Below the pieces are notes generated by a model, which saw only the letters and a list, made by a program, of their open reading frames with translations, had not been told where the DNA came from and searched no databases. A stretch of DNA of 64,000 bases from Naegleria gruberi (Eukaryota): the NCBI GenBank assembly GCA_000004985.1, contig GG738853.1; one strand, 5' to 3'. This document shows, in pieces, positions 1 through 10,934 of this stretch (its first letter is position 1; every line of letters begins with the position of its first letter). The translations under genes were made by a program, and so were the position numbers.

Positions 1-57
1 GTAGAATTCCTAGTATAAAAACTGTCAACATTCGAATATTAAATCCAATATGAATAT

Positions 58-678
58 TTACATGTCTTGAATGAGAGCACAACCATTGGCCATGTACAAT
101 CCACCAGTCAAGATTAAAATCCAATCCACAAGCTGCCAAATACCACAAGTTGGAACTAAAAGCTTGGCAACTCCAATGCAAGTATATCCCATAATCTTCA
201 ACGAATTTTATGTGAAATATTTCATCATCGGAATGTTAATTGATTTTTAACATCTTTCAACTTACAAATCTATCAACAGCAAGACCTCCAACAAAGAATG
301 AAAGTAAGAACATGACCATTTTGGATTTTGTTTGACTAGCATCACAAACATAAGGTCTATTCAGGAAATTTAATAATTATTTAAGAAATTATTATTAAAA
401 ACATCATCATCATGGTTAACATATGGAATAATTGAATAAGATCATCATGACAATAAAAAAACAACAACTACTTACGGAGTACTATTATCATAAGTTTCCT
501 TGATAAACATTGGCATTGTTCCCTCATCATCAGTATTAATTTTAATCAGCTTCATCTTCTCAGGTTCAGCAGCAGCATTCAATGGTGAATCCAAAAAGAA
601 GGTAACCAATGCCATGCTAATCATGAATGTAAAAAGTGAGGCAAGAAGAAATTTACGGAGAGATAATTGTTCCATCAT
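58..678 (-). CDS. TM2 domain-containing membrane protein (3 exons, about 144 aa)
   Basis: Hand-spliced model complement(join(58..195,266..356,476..678)). Exon 1 is track ORF 472..678 (MMEQLSLRKFLLASLFTFMISMALV..). GTAAGT donors are the reverse complement of acttac at 470-475 and 260-265, with AG acceptors. Introns are 119 and 70 nt. The spliced C-terminus ..FVGGLAVDRF|IMGYTCIGVAKLLVPTCGIWQLVDWILILTGGLYMANGCALIQDM* matches the TM2 domain signature (DRF, GIWxLVD). Exons 2 and 3 are absent from the ORF track because they are under 60 aa. Confidence 0.55.
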
Positions 679-1047
679 TTTGTAGTAGGTGAGTTAGTGT
701 GGGGTAGTGGTTGAGAACTTTTTTTGTGTGTTGTGAATATTCAAGTAGAGTGAACAAGTGGACAGAAACAAAAGAACTCACTGCTTTCATAATTATGAAC
801 TTGGATGGTTCCAACTGGGCCCTGTTGTGGATGTTAGAAAGTTTTCTGAGAGTAAATTAGTTGGAAGGTTTTTCGGGAGAGTTCTGTGATCTTTGTTTGA
901 GGGAAGAATTATTTAACAAACTGACTGAATTGAAAAAAACAGTAGATTCTTCTTCAAACTGTAGTTGTTGCAATGGAGAATGGTATTATCACTAAATGGA
1001 TTAAATCTTCAATTGATTTTATTGAGAGTATGGCAATGATATATATT

Positions 1048-1977
1048 TTAGAACGCGAAGGAGACAATCATGGCAATCAACATGATAACAACTCCTCTCA
1101 AACTCACAACATTTGCAGAATTTCTATTATTTGCCACTTGAACTAAATCTTTCGTAACAACACCAAAGTAATTCTCAGCCTCAACTGAGATTGAATAGGT
1201 ATCACTTGTAGTTGGAACACCAAATGTGAAAACAATTGATCCCAAATAGGAATTCTTGGCAGTGAATGAATTCGAATATAATGTTCCCTTCACAGTAACC
1301 TTAATATTTGAAGCAGATCGAATCCACAACTTTCCATCATTTCCAATCAAATCAATATTAATTTTCAAATTAGTGGAATCAAAATAACTTGTAGCATTAA
1401 TCCAATTCAATCCAATATAACAAGCGCCATTATGCTTATACTTGGAATTGCAAGTTGTGGCATTTGATATTTGAGAATCACAATAGTAAGCTGTGATAAC
1501 AGATGGAGAATTGTAAACGGTTGTATCCTGACTAGTTAGACAATTGGTATAGAATGAATCGAAATAGTAGAATGGTTGATTGATTAACAAACTCTTATAT
1601 TGTTCATTCTTCAACATGTAAGTTTGATACATTTCTTGAGTATTATCTGAACCAAGATTGAAAGAAATTCCTACAAAGTTTCTGGAATCTTGACATGTGC
1701 TATTGAAACTGTAAATTTTACGATTGATATCAGTATCTGAAAAACAACCAGAACAAGTGCAAGCTTTAACTGATCTTTTAACAGATTGGATATTAGATGA
1801 CGCATGGGATGGAATAGTTGGGATTGAATTAGTTGTGAATTTTGGAGAGGGACTATTTGATTCGAAAGGAGAACCAATGATATGGCCACCTACACCACTA
1901 TGGACAGAGACAGAGTTCATACATGAAATTAATTGGCATAATGCCAAGAGGCAAGCAAGAAGAATGAATGTCTTCAT
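1048..1977 (-). CDS. secreted or GPI-anchored Ser/Thr/Asn-rich cell-surface protein (hypothetical)
   Basis: Single 309-aa ORF. It has an N-terminal signal peptide (MKTFILLACLLALCQLISC), an S/T/N-rich Cys-containing body and a C-terminal hydrophobic tail (VVIMLIAMIVSFAF). No recognisable catalytic motif. Confidence 0.4.
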   Translation of the reverse strand: MKTFILLACLLALCQLISCMNSVSVHSGVGGHIIGSPFESNSPSPKFTTNSIPTIPSHASSNIQSVKRSVKACTCSGCFSDTDINRKIYSFNSTCQDSRNFVGISFNLGSDNTQEMYQTYMLKNEQYKSLLINQPFYYFDSFYTNCLTSQDTTVYNSPSVITAYYCDSQISNATTCNSKYKHNGACYIGLNWINATSYFDSTNLKINIDLIGNDGKLWIRSASNIKVTVKGTLYSNSFTAKNSYLGSIVFTFGVPTTSDTYSISVEAENYFGVVTKDLVQVANNRNSANVVSLRGVVIMLIAMIVSFAF

Positions 1978-2383
1978 ATTTGTTTTTTTTGTTTCGAATA
2001 TTATTGAAAGAAAGAGAATGTGAATTTAAACAATTCGGAGAAATGAATGGTTAAAGTCAACTTTCGCCCTCCAATTTTAATAGATCTTACAATATCAAAC
2101 ATTAGTTTATTCCTAAAAAGTGATGGTATTAAGACAATTAGAAAGTTTACAACAAAACCATTGGGATTGAAGTACACGATTGGTTGAATGAAACATTTTC
2201 TTGGGGCAGCAATATGATTCAGAAAGTTATTCGAAAGTCATTGTAAATTACAAGTTCTTTCACACATTTTCGGATATTTATTGATTCGCTCAACTTTTTA
2301 CAATAATTCACTTTCATGATTTTTAGAGTGTTAATCATTATTTTAACAAATCTACTAATTTACCAAATTTTCATCTTTAAAAA

Positions 2384-4337
2384 ATGCTCAAATTGCTACT
2401 GTCAGTAATTTGTTTCCTCTGCTTGACAAGTGGCGTTCTCATCACCACTTCGACAGCTGCCACAACAGTAACTTTGGATGCAAATAATTTATCAATATGG
2501 CCACAACCACAAATTATTAAAAATTATGAAAACAAACCATCACTTGAATTTACAAGAATTTGCTTTAATGTTTCGTCATTTATTTCCAGCGATTGGAATA
2601 ATTTGGCCGAATGTGAAAGGAATTTCTTGTCCAATGCATTAAATAGACTCTCCACAAGATATCAATTCATAGGTCCAAGCAATTCGTCAAGTTGTGTTAA
2701 ATTCTCATTGAAGAAAGAAACTTCTTCATGCAAAATTTCACTTTTAAATTCAAGTGAAAAATACGAAATGTGGTTGAATGGAAACTATTCTACCATCAAA
2801 GCTGAAAATGTATTTGGAACATTGAGAGCTATTCAAACTCTTGCTCAAATTATTGATCAAGCATATTCTATTGTAAAGAATGCCAAATCTCAAGTTATTA
2901 TTTCATCAATTTACATTCAAGATTATCCATTTTACAATTATAGGTTTGTTTTTGAAATTATTGTACACTGAATTCAAGAATTTATCATTCAGAGGTTTAA
3001 TGTTAGATACTGCTAGACATTTCATTGCAGTTGACTCATTGAAAAGACATATTGATTCAATGGAAGAAGTTAAGATGAATGCATTTCATTTACATATCAC
3101 TGATGATGAAAGTTTCCCAATTAACATGACAAAATATTCACCATCAACTTACAAATTTAATGGTGGACCATTGACATTTGAAATTTTGAGAGATTTGAAT
3201 GAATATTGTGCTGATAGAGGTATTCAATTTATACCTGAGATTGATACACCATCTCATTCACAATCTTGGTCAACCTATTATCCATCCATTATGTATCCAT
3301 CGTGTACTAATCATTTAGATATGGGAAAACAAGAAACATATCAAGTAGTTGCCAATGTCTATCAATTCCTATTCAAATTACTTGGAAGTTGGACTCAAAC
3401 AATTCCAAGAATCAAATTTACCAATCAATTCCTTCATGCTGGCTTTGATGAGATAGATGGTAATTGTTACTCTAATGATGCAACTCTTAAGAAGTACCAA
3501 ACATTTGTTCTCAATAATATTCTTCAAAATGGAAGTCTAATTGCAAGTGGTGATTCAACTGATAAGATTTTACCAATTGTTTGGGCAGACGACTTGATTA
3601 CTGATTATCAACTTGGCAATACTTCAGCACTTCCCAGAGATACTATTCTTCAAATTTGGAGAAATGATGCTACCCTCACTGAAACATTGAAATACTATTA
3701 CAAGACAATTGTTTCAATTTCAGAGCCGTGGTACATTGATGCTCCATGTAGTAGAACATTTGAAAAGATTTACCAATACAAGCCACCTGCTCACCCATCA
3801 GTGATTGGAGGAAGTACCTGTATGTGGACTTCATCTGGTGATACAGATAATGATTTGGAGGAATATGTTTGGCCAAGAGCAGCAGCTGTTGCAGAAAGAT
3901 TGTGGACTAATCCTTGTAATCCAATCACTTTTTGGAATGCTTCATTCCCATATAATACTCAAAAATTGAGTAGAAAGACCATTCTGACTAATAGAATTGT
4001 AAAGACTGGAACAGCAGCTCAAACCTATGCCTGTTCATCTACTACTAATCCAACTTTCTCTTCGAATTGCACATCTGGTGTGACTTTCACAGTACCAGCC
4101 CAACCTTCACTGGATTCAGTTACTCCACAACAATCAACAGTGAATCCATCCACATCAACCCCAACTGCAACCTCTTCCGTATCTCCAAAATCATCTACAA
4201 AAACTCCAGTTGGAAAATCTCAATCAATGAATACTGGTTCATCCACCACTAGACTAAGCCAAGCAAATAGTGTCAAGATTTCCCTTATCTTGTTTGTGGT
4301 TATCCTTGCCATTGCATCATGGTATACAACTCACTAA
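2384..4337 (+). CDS. beta-hexosaminidase (GH20 N-acetyl-beta-glucosaminidase) with C-terminal S/T-rich stalk and membrane anchor
   Basis: join(2384..2943,2993..4337), with a 49-nt intron (AG|GTTTGT .. CATTCAG|A). The N-terminal signal peptide is followed by a WPQPQ motif. Exon 2 carries the GH20 catalytic core RGLMLDTARHF and HLHITDDESFP. The C-terminus is T/S/P-rich and ends in a hydrophobic segment, ISLILFVVILAIASW. Confidence 0.85.
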
Positions 4338-4397
4338 ACCAAATAAAAACCGGTTTTGGTTTTGTGAATAGACTAAAAATTGGTGTTAAAAAAGGTG

Positions 4398-4468
4398 TAG
4401 GAAGACAGGGAATCGAACCCTGATCTTAGGAACCACAATCCCATGTTCTACCACTGAACTATCTCCCT
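4398..4468 (-). tRNA. tRNA-His (anticodon GUG)
   Basis: The reverse complement folds as a cloverleaf: acceptor AGGGAGA/TCTTCCT, D arm GTTC-AGTGGTA-GAAC, anticodon stem TGGGA/TCCTA, loop TTGTGGT (anticodon GTG), T arm CAGGG-TTCGATT-CCCTG, discriminator A73. There is no encoded G-1, consistent with post-transcriptional addition in eukaryotes. Confidence 0.85.
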
Positions 4469-4725
4469 TCTTGGAAGAATAACACAAGTAGCACCTTATG
4501 TCATTTATTCATATAACATGTGAATTAACATTGTCAAGACCGAAACTCTCAAATCACCTTGTATTGGCAACCAAACAAATGACATCCATTTTGTCATCTT
4601 TGTTCACTTTTTCAAAATCAATCTTGAAATGTATTTTTAATTTTCAAGCCAAAATTTGCATTTTTCACGGAAAAGATTACTGCTTTCCATACACTCACAA
4701 GTATTTTGTAATCACACATAAAAAA

Positions 4726-6089
4726 ATGAGTACAACAACAGAACAAGTTTCCGTCCCACAACAACAACAAGAAAACAACAACACCACTTCCCCTCAACAA
4801 GAAGGTGGTGCCGGATTCAAGAGAAGAAACAACGACAACAATAACCGTGGACGTGTTAGAGGAAGAGGTAGAGGAACTAGAAATAATCAAGGAACCAGAC
4901 AACCTCAACAACAACAACAAGGTGAACAACAACAAGCCAAGGTACAAGATCAACAAGCTACTCCATCTAATACAACAACGACTACCGAAGGTGCTGCTCA
5001 ACAAAAACCAAAGAGACAAAGAAAGCCAAGACAACCAAAGCCTCAAGGTGAACAACAAGAAGGTACTACTACCACTCCTACTACAACTTCTCCATCTACT
5101 ACTCCACAACAAGAAGGAGCCTCCACTGAAAAGAAGCCAAAAAGACAAAGAAAACCAAGACAACCTAAGCAAAATGTTGAAGGAACTCCTGAACAACAAA
5201 CAACAACTAGTACTCCAGCCTCTACTACTACTTCTGCCACCACAACAAATGCAACAACTACTCCAGTAGTAGAAGGTTCTGGTAAGCCAAAGAGACAATT
5301 TAAACCAAGAGTTCCAAGAGAACCAAAACAACAACAACCAAAGGAAGCTACTACTACTTCATCTGAAGCTACTACTACAACTCCAGTTGTTGCTTCCACC
5401 GAAGAAGGTGCCAAGCCAAAGAAGCAAAAGAAACCAAGAAAGCCAAGACAACCTAAGGAACAAAATGGAGAAAAGCCAGCCACTACTACTCCAGCTACTA
5501 CTACCACCACTTCAACTGAACAACCATCAACAACCACTCCTCAAGAAAAGAAGGAAAGAGCTCCAAGAAAACCAAGACAGCCAAGACAACCAAGACAACC
5601 AAATGTTGCTTCTTCCGAAGAACAAAAGGATGATGGAAAACTCAGAATTCCAACTTGTAAGTATTGTGTGAAATTTTCACATTTAACATTTTTCTAGTCT
5701 GTAAGGTCAAGGATGTCGAACCAGGTCAATCATTCTATCCTGGACAAGGTGGATTTAATATTGTTTGTAAGATTGTTAGTATAGAAATTGTTTCTCAAAC
5801 CAAGGGACATGCTGTTGCTGAAGTAACAGTTGGTGATGAAACTGGTTGTGTTGTTTTGACTACTCGTACTGAACAATTAGGAGAAGCTAAGGTCGGAAGC
5901 TCAATTATTGTTCGTAATTCCAAGATTAGTTTGTTCAAGAAGAAGTTGCGTTTGAAGATTGATATGTGGGGTAAGATTCAAAGTTTCGAAGAAGGAAAGA
6001 AGGCCATCAGTGTTCCATTGTCTGATGACTTTACTGTCAAGACTGACAAGAATTTGTCAAAGGATGCTACTTATGAACCTCAAATGTAA
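4726..6089 (+). CDS. OB-fold ssDNA-binding protein (SOSS-B/NABP/hSSB-like) with long basic low-complexity N-terminal extension
   Basis: join(4726..5656,5698..6089), with a 41-nt intron (CTT|GTAAGT .. TTTCTAG|TC, phase 1). Exon 2 encodes TFCKVKDVEPGQ..NIVCKIVSIEIVSQTKGHAVAEVTVGDETGCVVLTTRTEQL.., which resembles the OB fold of hSSB1/NABP. Exon 1 encodes about 310 aa of Q/T/K-rich disordered sequence. Confidence 0.55.
4993..5607. repeat. coding tandem repeat, five copies of a basic KPKRQRKPRQPK-type unit separated by T/S-rich spacers
   Basis: DNA units of the form aagccaaagagacaaagaaagccaagacaacc(a/t)aag recur at about 5002, 5131, 5281, 5410 and 5553. The period is roughly 130 nt and lies inside exon 1 of the OB-fold gene. 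Confidence 0.6.
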
Positions 6090-6150
6090 AAAAATGTAAA
6101 AAAAAAGACTTGTATCAAGTAAGATTTTGCAAGTTGTAAATAAAAAGTGA

Positions 6151-7284
6151 TTAATTTTTTTGAAATAATTTGGAATTGATAAAATTCAACAATTCAGAGC
6201 TAGGTTCTTGTTCACTGAAATTCACCACCTTGGATTTGGAATTTTCCAAATCGGTATGTACAATTTGGTCAACATTAAGATGACATTTACCCAACTGAGC
6301 TACCAAAATATCCATCATGTGAACATATTGTTCATTCGAAATTTCTTCCAATTTCAATTCATTGGCCAAACTTGTCATTTTAACATGATGAAGTCCACAA
6401 GCTACAATATCACTCCTGAAAGATTGTAAATCTTGACTACTCAAATTCAGATTCATTGCCACGCCATGCATTGATACAAATCTCGATAATTGCAATCCAA
6501 TACTTGCTAACTTTCTCTTCTTTTCTTGTGAATTATTCTCATCAGACTGTTCACAAAGTTTCATACTACTGCTAATATAAATACCCATCTCTGATTCTCC
6601 TCCAACATTCAATTCAATTCTTTCACCCTTTTCAATATTCTCCACTTGGCCCTTCACATCTTTCAGTAAATCATTTGAAAATTGTTGAAGAAATGGAACA
6701 CACAGAGAACGAAGCATAAACTCATCTGAAAACCATTTGATATTCTTTTGGAGAAATGAACTATTCTCCAAATCAAAAAGTGGATACAAAACTAATTGAC
6801 CAGGACAGTGAAAGGTAATTCCACCTCCACGACCAATTTTGTGAATGGCCAATTGTCTTGGATTGTGAAGAATGTGATTTTTGGAAAAGGTTTCGTCAAA
6901 TCTTAACTTTCCAATAGTGAAACAAGATTCTGAATGTTCTGTTGCAATCATGTATTGTCTGTGTTGTAAATTATTGTTTTGATGTTCTTGTTTCAAATTC
7001 CTCAAATAATCGAATAGAAATTGTTGAAATTGTAAACTTTGTTCATATTTCGAATTGGATAAGAGAATTAAACAAAGAGAATCGTATCCTTCCTTTCCTT
7101 TTGTATTTCTAGTTTGTGCAGTATTGAATAATTCATTTTCTTTCTTTTCCATCCACTTTCCAAAACCTTCCGATATTGAATAGTTACATTTCTGATAAAC
7201 ATTCTTCCCAACATTCAATAATCCTCCACATTTATTACCAGAAATCAATCCAATCCTTCTCCTTCCACAACTCAATCGAAGCAT
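6151..7284 (-). CDS. lipoyl(octanoyl) transferase, LipB/LIPT2 type, mitochondrial
   Basis: Single 377-aa ORF. Motif KIGRGGGITFHCPGQLVLYP matches the RGGxxTYHGPGQLVxYP of LipB. A later KLASIGLQLSRFVSMHGVAMNLNL matches the LipB KIAAIGVRVSR..HGLALNV motif. The N-terminus MLRLSCGRRRIG looks like a presequence. Confidence 0.8.
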   Translation of the reverse strand: MLRLSCGRRRIGLISGNKCGGLLNVGKNVYQKCNYSISEGFGKWMEKKENELFNTAQTRNTKGKEGYDSLCLILLSNSKYEQSLQFQQFLFDYLRNLKQEHQNNNLQHRQYMIATEHSESCFTIGKLRFDETFSKNHILHNPRQLAIHKIGRGGGITFHCPGQLVLYPLFDLENSSFLQKNIKWFSDEFMLRSLCVPFLQQFSNDLLKDVKGQVENIEKGERIELNVGGESEMGIYISSSMKLCEQSDENNSQEKKRKLASIGLQLSRFVSMHGVAMNLNLSSQDLQSFRSDIVACGLHHVKMTSLANELKLEEISNEQYVHMMDILVAQLGKCHLNVDQIVHTDLENSKSKVVNFSEQEPSSELLNFINSKLFQKN

Positions 7285-7787
7285 TTTCTATCAAAATATC
7301 CCACAACTCAACTATTAATAATTCAATTCTCAGTATTTACCCAACAGTTGCTGCTAATCAACCATAATACTGCACACTACACACCAGCAATTGCTGAGAA
7401 TCCAAATAGCCACCACATACCTATTGAATGTTCTCTTTTTGATTGAACAATTGCTTCAATTTATCCAAATTTCCGTATTAAATTAGGTTATTTGTAAACA
7501 ACATCTCCATTTTTTCACCGTAAAACTGAGATTTCTCACCAACAAATCAAAAAACGACAATTTTTTCCCTTACTGTTTCTCTCTTACACTGCGTTTGTGT
7601 TAAAAACAGCACACAAAATGATTGAATTCTCAATATTATCAACAATGCAGAATTTCGTTCCATCACCAAATTGTTGCTTGTTTGCTGAGGTTGATTGTTG
7701 TTATTGTTGAGGATTCGAGTAGTGGATTGTGTGAGGGTTCAATTGTGTGGGCGTGGATAATTAATTAGCAGAGTGGAAAAAAAAGAG
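7285..7787. promoter_or_regulatory. shared bidirectional promoter region between the divergent LipB-like and lipoyl synthase genes
   Basis: A 503-bp spacer lies between two head-to-head start codons (7284 on the minus strand, 7788 on the plus strand). The plus strand is CA-rich over about 7290-7440 and GT-rich over about 7640-7790. A direct repeat CCACAACTCAA occurs at 7265-7275 and 7301-7311, and TCCCACAA at 7299-7306. Confidence 0.35.
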
Positions 7788-9245
7788 ATGAAGAGGAGCA
7801 GTGGGATAATAGACAAGATTGTGAAGGCAGGTTTGAAGAGGCAATTTTATTCGAAAGGTACTCATTGTGAGCAGTTGATGAAGATGAGTGGACGAAAGGG
7901 AGTGGATTTTCATTTGAGTAATTTGGGAGGAGGAATTTTGCATCAATGTAGTACTGCTGTTGGAGTTTCGAATAATGTTGAAGAAATGAATCAAACTTGG
8001 CAAGAACGAAGAAATATCAAGAGAATGAATCGATTGAAAGAAAAGAAAGTGGAAGAAACTCAACATTCTGAAGCACTTTTACAAGAAAGAGACGAAATGG
8101 TTAAAAAATCATTAGAAATATTACAATCCCGAATGGACGAAATGGAAAACTTTCAGATAATTCGTTCATTTCTTCCAAAATCTATATCAGATGCTGATTT
8201 ACTCACTAAATACTATCCAGCACTCAAAGATTCGGATAATTCTATTCGATATGATGGTAAACTAAAGAATGTAGATACCATTCGTGCAAAACCAAGATGG
8301 TTACTTTCGAATATAATTCCAAAGAATGAAGAATCAAATTCCAATTACAATCGTCTCAGAAACACATTAAGCGGACTCAAACTAAACACTGTCTGTGTAG
8401 AAGCCAAATGTCCAAACATTGGAGAATGTTGGGGAGGAAAATCCCAAACTAAACATCAAGATTCGAATATAAATATTCTAGACGAATCGAACAACCATCA
8501 AATGGCCACAGCAACCATCATGCTAATGGGTGATACTTGCACTCGTGGTTGCAGATTCTGCTCAGTCAAGACAAGCAAATGTCCTCCACCCTTAGATCCT
8601 TCAGAACCTGAAAACACCGCAGATGCCATCCATAAATGGGGTTTAGAATATGTTGTCTTGACATCTGTCGATCGAGATGATTTGACAGATGGAGGAGCTC
8701 AACATTTTTATGAAACTGTTCAAAAGATTAAGGAAAAAAATCCTAAAATTTTGGTGGAATGCTTAACTGGTGATTTTCAAGGAGATTTGGAATGTATTCG
8801 AAAGATGAGTTTATCTGGAATGGATGTTTATGCGCATAATGTTGAAACTGTGGAAGAGTTGACTCCACAAGTGAGAGATTACAGAGCTACCTTTCGTCAA
8901 TCATTGAAAGTTTTGAAACTTGTAAAGGAATTTAATCCGAAACTCATTACAAAAAGTTCAATAATGGTTGGCTTGGGAGAAAGTGATCAACAAATATTCG
9001 AAACCATGTGGGAATTGAAGAATGCAGGTGTAGATTGCATTACCATTGGTCAATACCTTCGTCCAACGAAAATGCACATGAAAGTTTTGGAATATTTCAC
9101 ACCAAAGAGATTCGAATTGTTACAAGAAATTGGAGAGAAAGTTTTTGGATTTAAATATGTGGCAAGTGGACCAATGGTTCGTTCAAGTTATAGAGCTGGA
9201 GAATTGTTTTTGAAGAATCTCATTTTGAAAGAACAAGTTGTTTAA
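7788..9245 (+). CDS. lipoyl synthase (LipA/LIAS, radical SAM) with about 165-aa N-terminal extension
   Basis: The track ORF starts at GTG 7773; the first in-frame ATG is 7788 ([24 protein letters not shown], presequence-like). The core carries [15 protein letters not shown] (auxiliary cluster), the [15 protein letters not shown] radical-SAM CxxxCxxC motif and KPRW. A coiled-coil-like stretch ([45 protein letters not shown]) precedes the conserved core. Confidence 0.9.
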   Translation: MKRSSGIIDKIVKAGLKRQFYSKGTHCEQLMKMSGRKGVDFHLSNLGGGILHQCSTAVGVSNNVEEMNQTWQERRNIKRMNRLKEKKVEETQHSEALLQERDEMVKKSLEILQSRMDEMENFQIIRSFLPKSISDADLLTKYYPALKDSDNSIRYDGKLKNVDTIRAKPRWLLSNIIPKNEESNSNYNRLRNTLSGLKLNTVCVEAKCPNIGECWGGKSQTKHQDSNINILDESNNHQMATATIMLMGDTCTRGCRFCSVKTSKCPPPLDPSEPENTADAIHKWGLEYVVLTSVDRDDLTDGGAQHFYETVQKIKEKNPKILVECLTGDFQGDLECIRKMSLSGMDVYAHNVETVEELTPQVRDYRATFRQSLKVLKLVKEFNPKLITKSSIMVGLGESDQQIFETMWELKNAGVDCITIGQYLRPTKMHMKVLEYFTPKRFELLQEIGEKVFGFKYVASGPMVRSSYRAGELFLKNLILKEQVV

Positions 9246-9407
9246 ATTTGGAATGTTTCGAATAAATAATGTACTAATGTGGTTTAAATCAATATAGTAT
9301 TTTCTTAAATAAACATGTAATATTTGAGTAATATTCTAAAGTAATATCATGAGAGAAGCTTTAAAAACTCACACAACATTCGAACTATTTAAACGAAACA
9401 AAACGAA

Positions 9408-9563
9408 ATGGACAACAATAGATCTAATCAACTCAATCCAAACAATCCATCCTATGAATCTTCTAGATCAGGTGGAACAGCCTCCAATGTAAATCATTCC
9501 AATCAAATGAATCCCAATAGTCAATCCTATCAATCCTCAAGAAGTGGAGGCAAGAATAAATAA
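9408..9563 (+). CDS. hypothetical 51-aa hydrophilic peptide with internal tandem repeat
   Basis: ATG..TAA ORF encoding MDNNRSNQLNPNNPSYESSRSGGTASNVNHSNQMNPNSQSYQSSRSGGKNK. The unit NQ(L/M)NPN..SY(E/Q)SSRSGG occurs twice. The ORF is below the track threshold and there is no other support. Confidence 0.15.
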   Translation: MDNNRSNQLNPNNPSYESSRSGGTASNVNHSNQMNPNSQSYQSSRSGGKNK

Positions 9564-9910
9564 CCGAATCTGAATAAATTGTCATTCTTCAATATTCGTG
9601 AGGTTTCTTCAATTCTTACTTGTTGTGAAAACTCCATTTCATTCTCCTGTTGTATATGATACGATTAGATTGCTTGTATTTAAGTTTGATAATGAAACAT
9701 TGACAGAAATGGTTTATGAATTTAATGTTTGGATTGCTGACATTTGTTTAATTGTTTAACTGTTTTGTTGTGGTTGTTGGAGGATGATATTTTGAGTAAA
9801 TCTTTTCTGATTATTTCAGTGTTTAGTTGTGTTATTCGAAACTTGGTTTTGGACATGAAGCCAATGACTCACAACAAGACTGAATAGAAAATGAATACTG
9901 AAAAATCAAA

Positions 9911-10402
9911 TTAGATGTGAATTAGATTATTTTCCTGGAGACGATACGATTCATATCTGACATAATTTCTTCCAGTTTCTAATTGAATTTCCTCCTTAAA
10001 GAAATAATCATCCCTCCACATCTTTATCCCAACCATAAAAGAAAGCACTGCAAGAAACATTAAAATTATTGCTAACATTATCAGAAACAGATAAAGTTTA
10101 CCTCCCAATCCAACACATCCACCTATTAGAAACAAACTAATCATACATAATAAACTCGTCACCAATTCTATATGAAATGAAAAATTAGCCTTTCTCGCCG
10201 TTACATATCCCTCTCCATTATTCATTTCCATTATTTGTTCACTTTCATTATTCGAAACTTGTTTCTCATTTCTCATTCCACATCCATCTTCTCTTTCCAC
10301 CTCCAAACTCTCCAAACTGCAGCAATCTCTCTTCATGATTAATATTCGAATTAGTGACGATGATTTGAAGTGTTTTTTTAGTTGTGAAATCTTTGCTCGC
10401 AT
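9911..10402 (-). CDS. hypothetical small membrane protein (two predicted TM helices)
   Basis: 163-aa ORF. Hydrophobic segments LVTSLLCMISLFLIGGCVGLGG and LYLFLIMLAIILMFLAVLSFMVGI. No recognisable domain. Confidence 0.3.
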   Translation of the reverse strand: MRAKISQLKKHFKSSSLIRILIMKRDCCSLESLEVEREDGCGMRNEKQVSNNESEQIMEMNNGEGYVTARKANFSFHIELVTSLLCMISLFLIGGCVGLGGKLYLFLIMLAIILMFLAVLSFMVGIKMWRDDYFFKEEIQLETGRNYVRYESYRLQENNLIHI

Positions 10403-10934
10403 GCAAAACCCAAAAAAAGAATTTGAAAAGTTGCTAATGTCCCATGAAGGACAAATTTATGGACCCATTCCTCCTCTTGAAGGGAAGGAAAAGTGTGAGA
10501 ATGGACTTTAGACTAGCATTCTCTGTGTGTTTATTTAGTATTGAAAAATGTTTGATAAAAAGATTGGAATGGAAAAAAGGTTAAATTGTATGAAAGTTTA
10601 CAAATTCTTGATTGACTACGTGACAGATGTTACAATAGATTGAAAATCAGCAAAGTTTATGGTGCACAGAATCAATGGTAAAATCAATAATTCGTATAGA
10701 TTTTCAGTGGTTATGAAAAAGACCATATTTCAGCACTTTAAAGATTGGATTAGAAAGAAATGAATCTGATTTTAGTGAATTACCAACTGTTGTTTAGAAT
10801 GCAATCTTATAGAATTGAGAATATTCTTTAATGGAAAAGTTGGCAAGCCATGGAATTGCTTAATACAGATGAATACAATTGTAAACAATTTTCCAACTGT
10901 TTTTAAAGGAGTATCTCTAGAAATTGCCTTAAAA

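Noticed and set aside
1671-2023. ORFs 1671..1889 (minus) and 1724..2023 (plus) overlapping the 1048..1977 gene
   Set aside because: They are shadow ORFs of a longer ORF that has a signal peptide. No independent support.
4618-5537. Long minus-strand ORFs (4618..5337, 5043..5537) and plus-strand ORF 4805..5269 overlapping exon 1 of the OB-fold gene
   Set aside because: They are alternative-frame or antisense readings of the low-complexity (CAA/ACT/AAG-rich) repeat. They have no start context or domain signal, and the sense frame carries the conserved splice into the OB-fold exon.
7299-7306. TCCCACAA octamer 15 bp from the LipB start, as a possible ncRNA DUSE
   Set aside because: It is part of the CCACAACTCAA direct repeat in a Pol II bidirectional promoter. 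No plausible ncRNA follows before the lipoyl synthase gene. It is kept only as a promoter motif.
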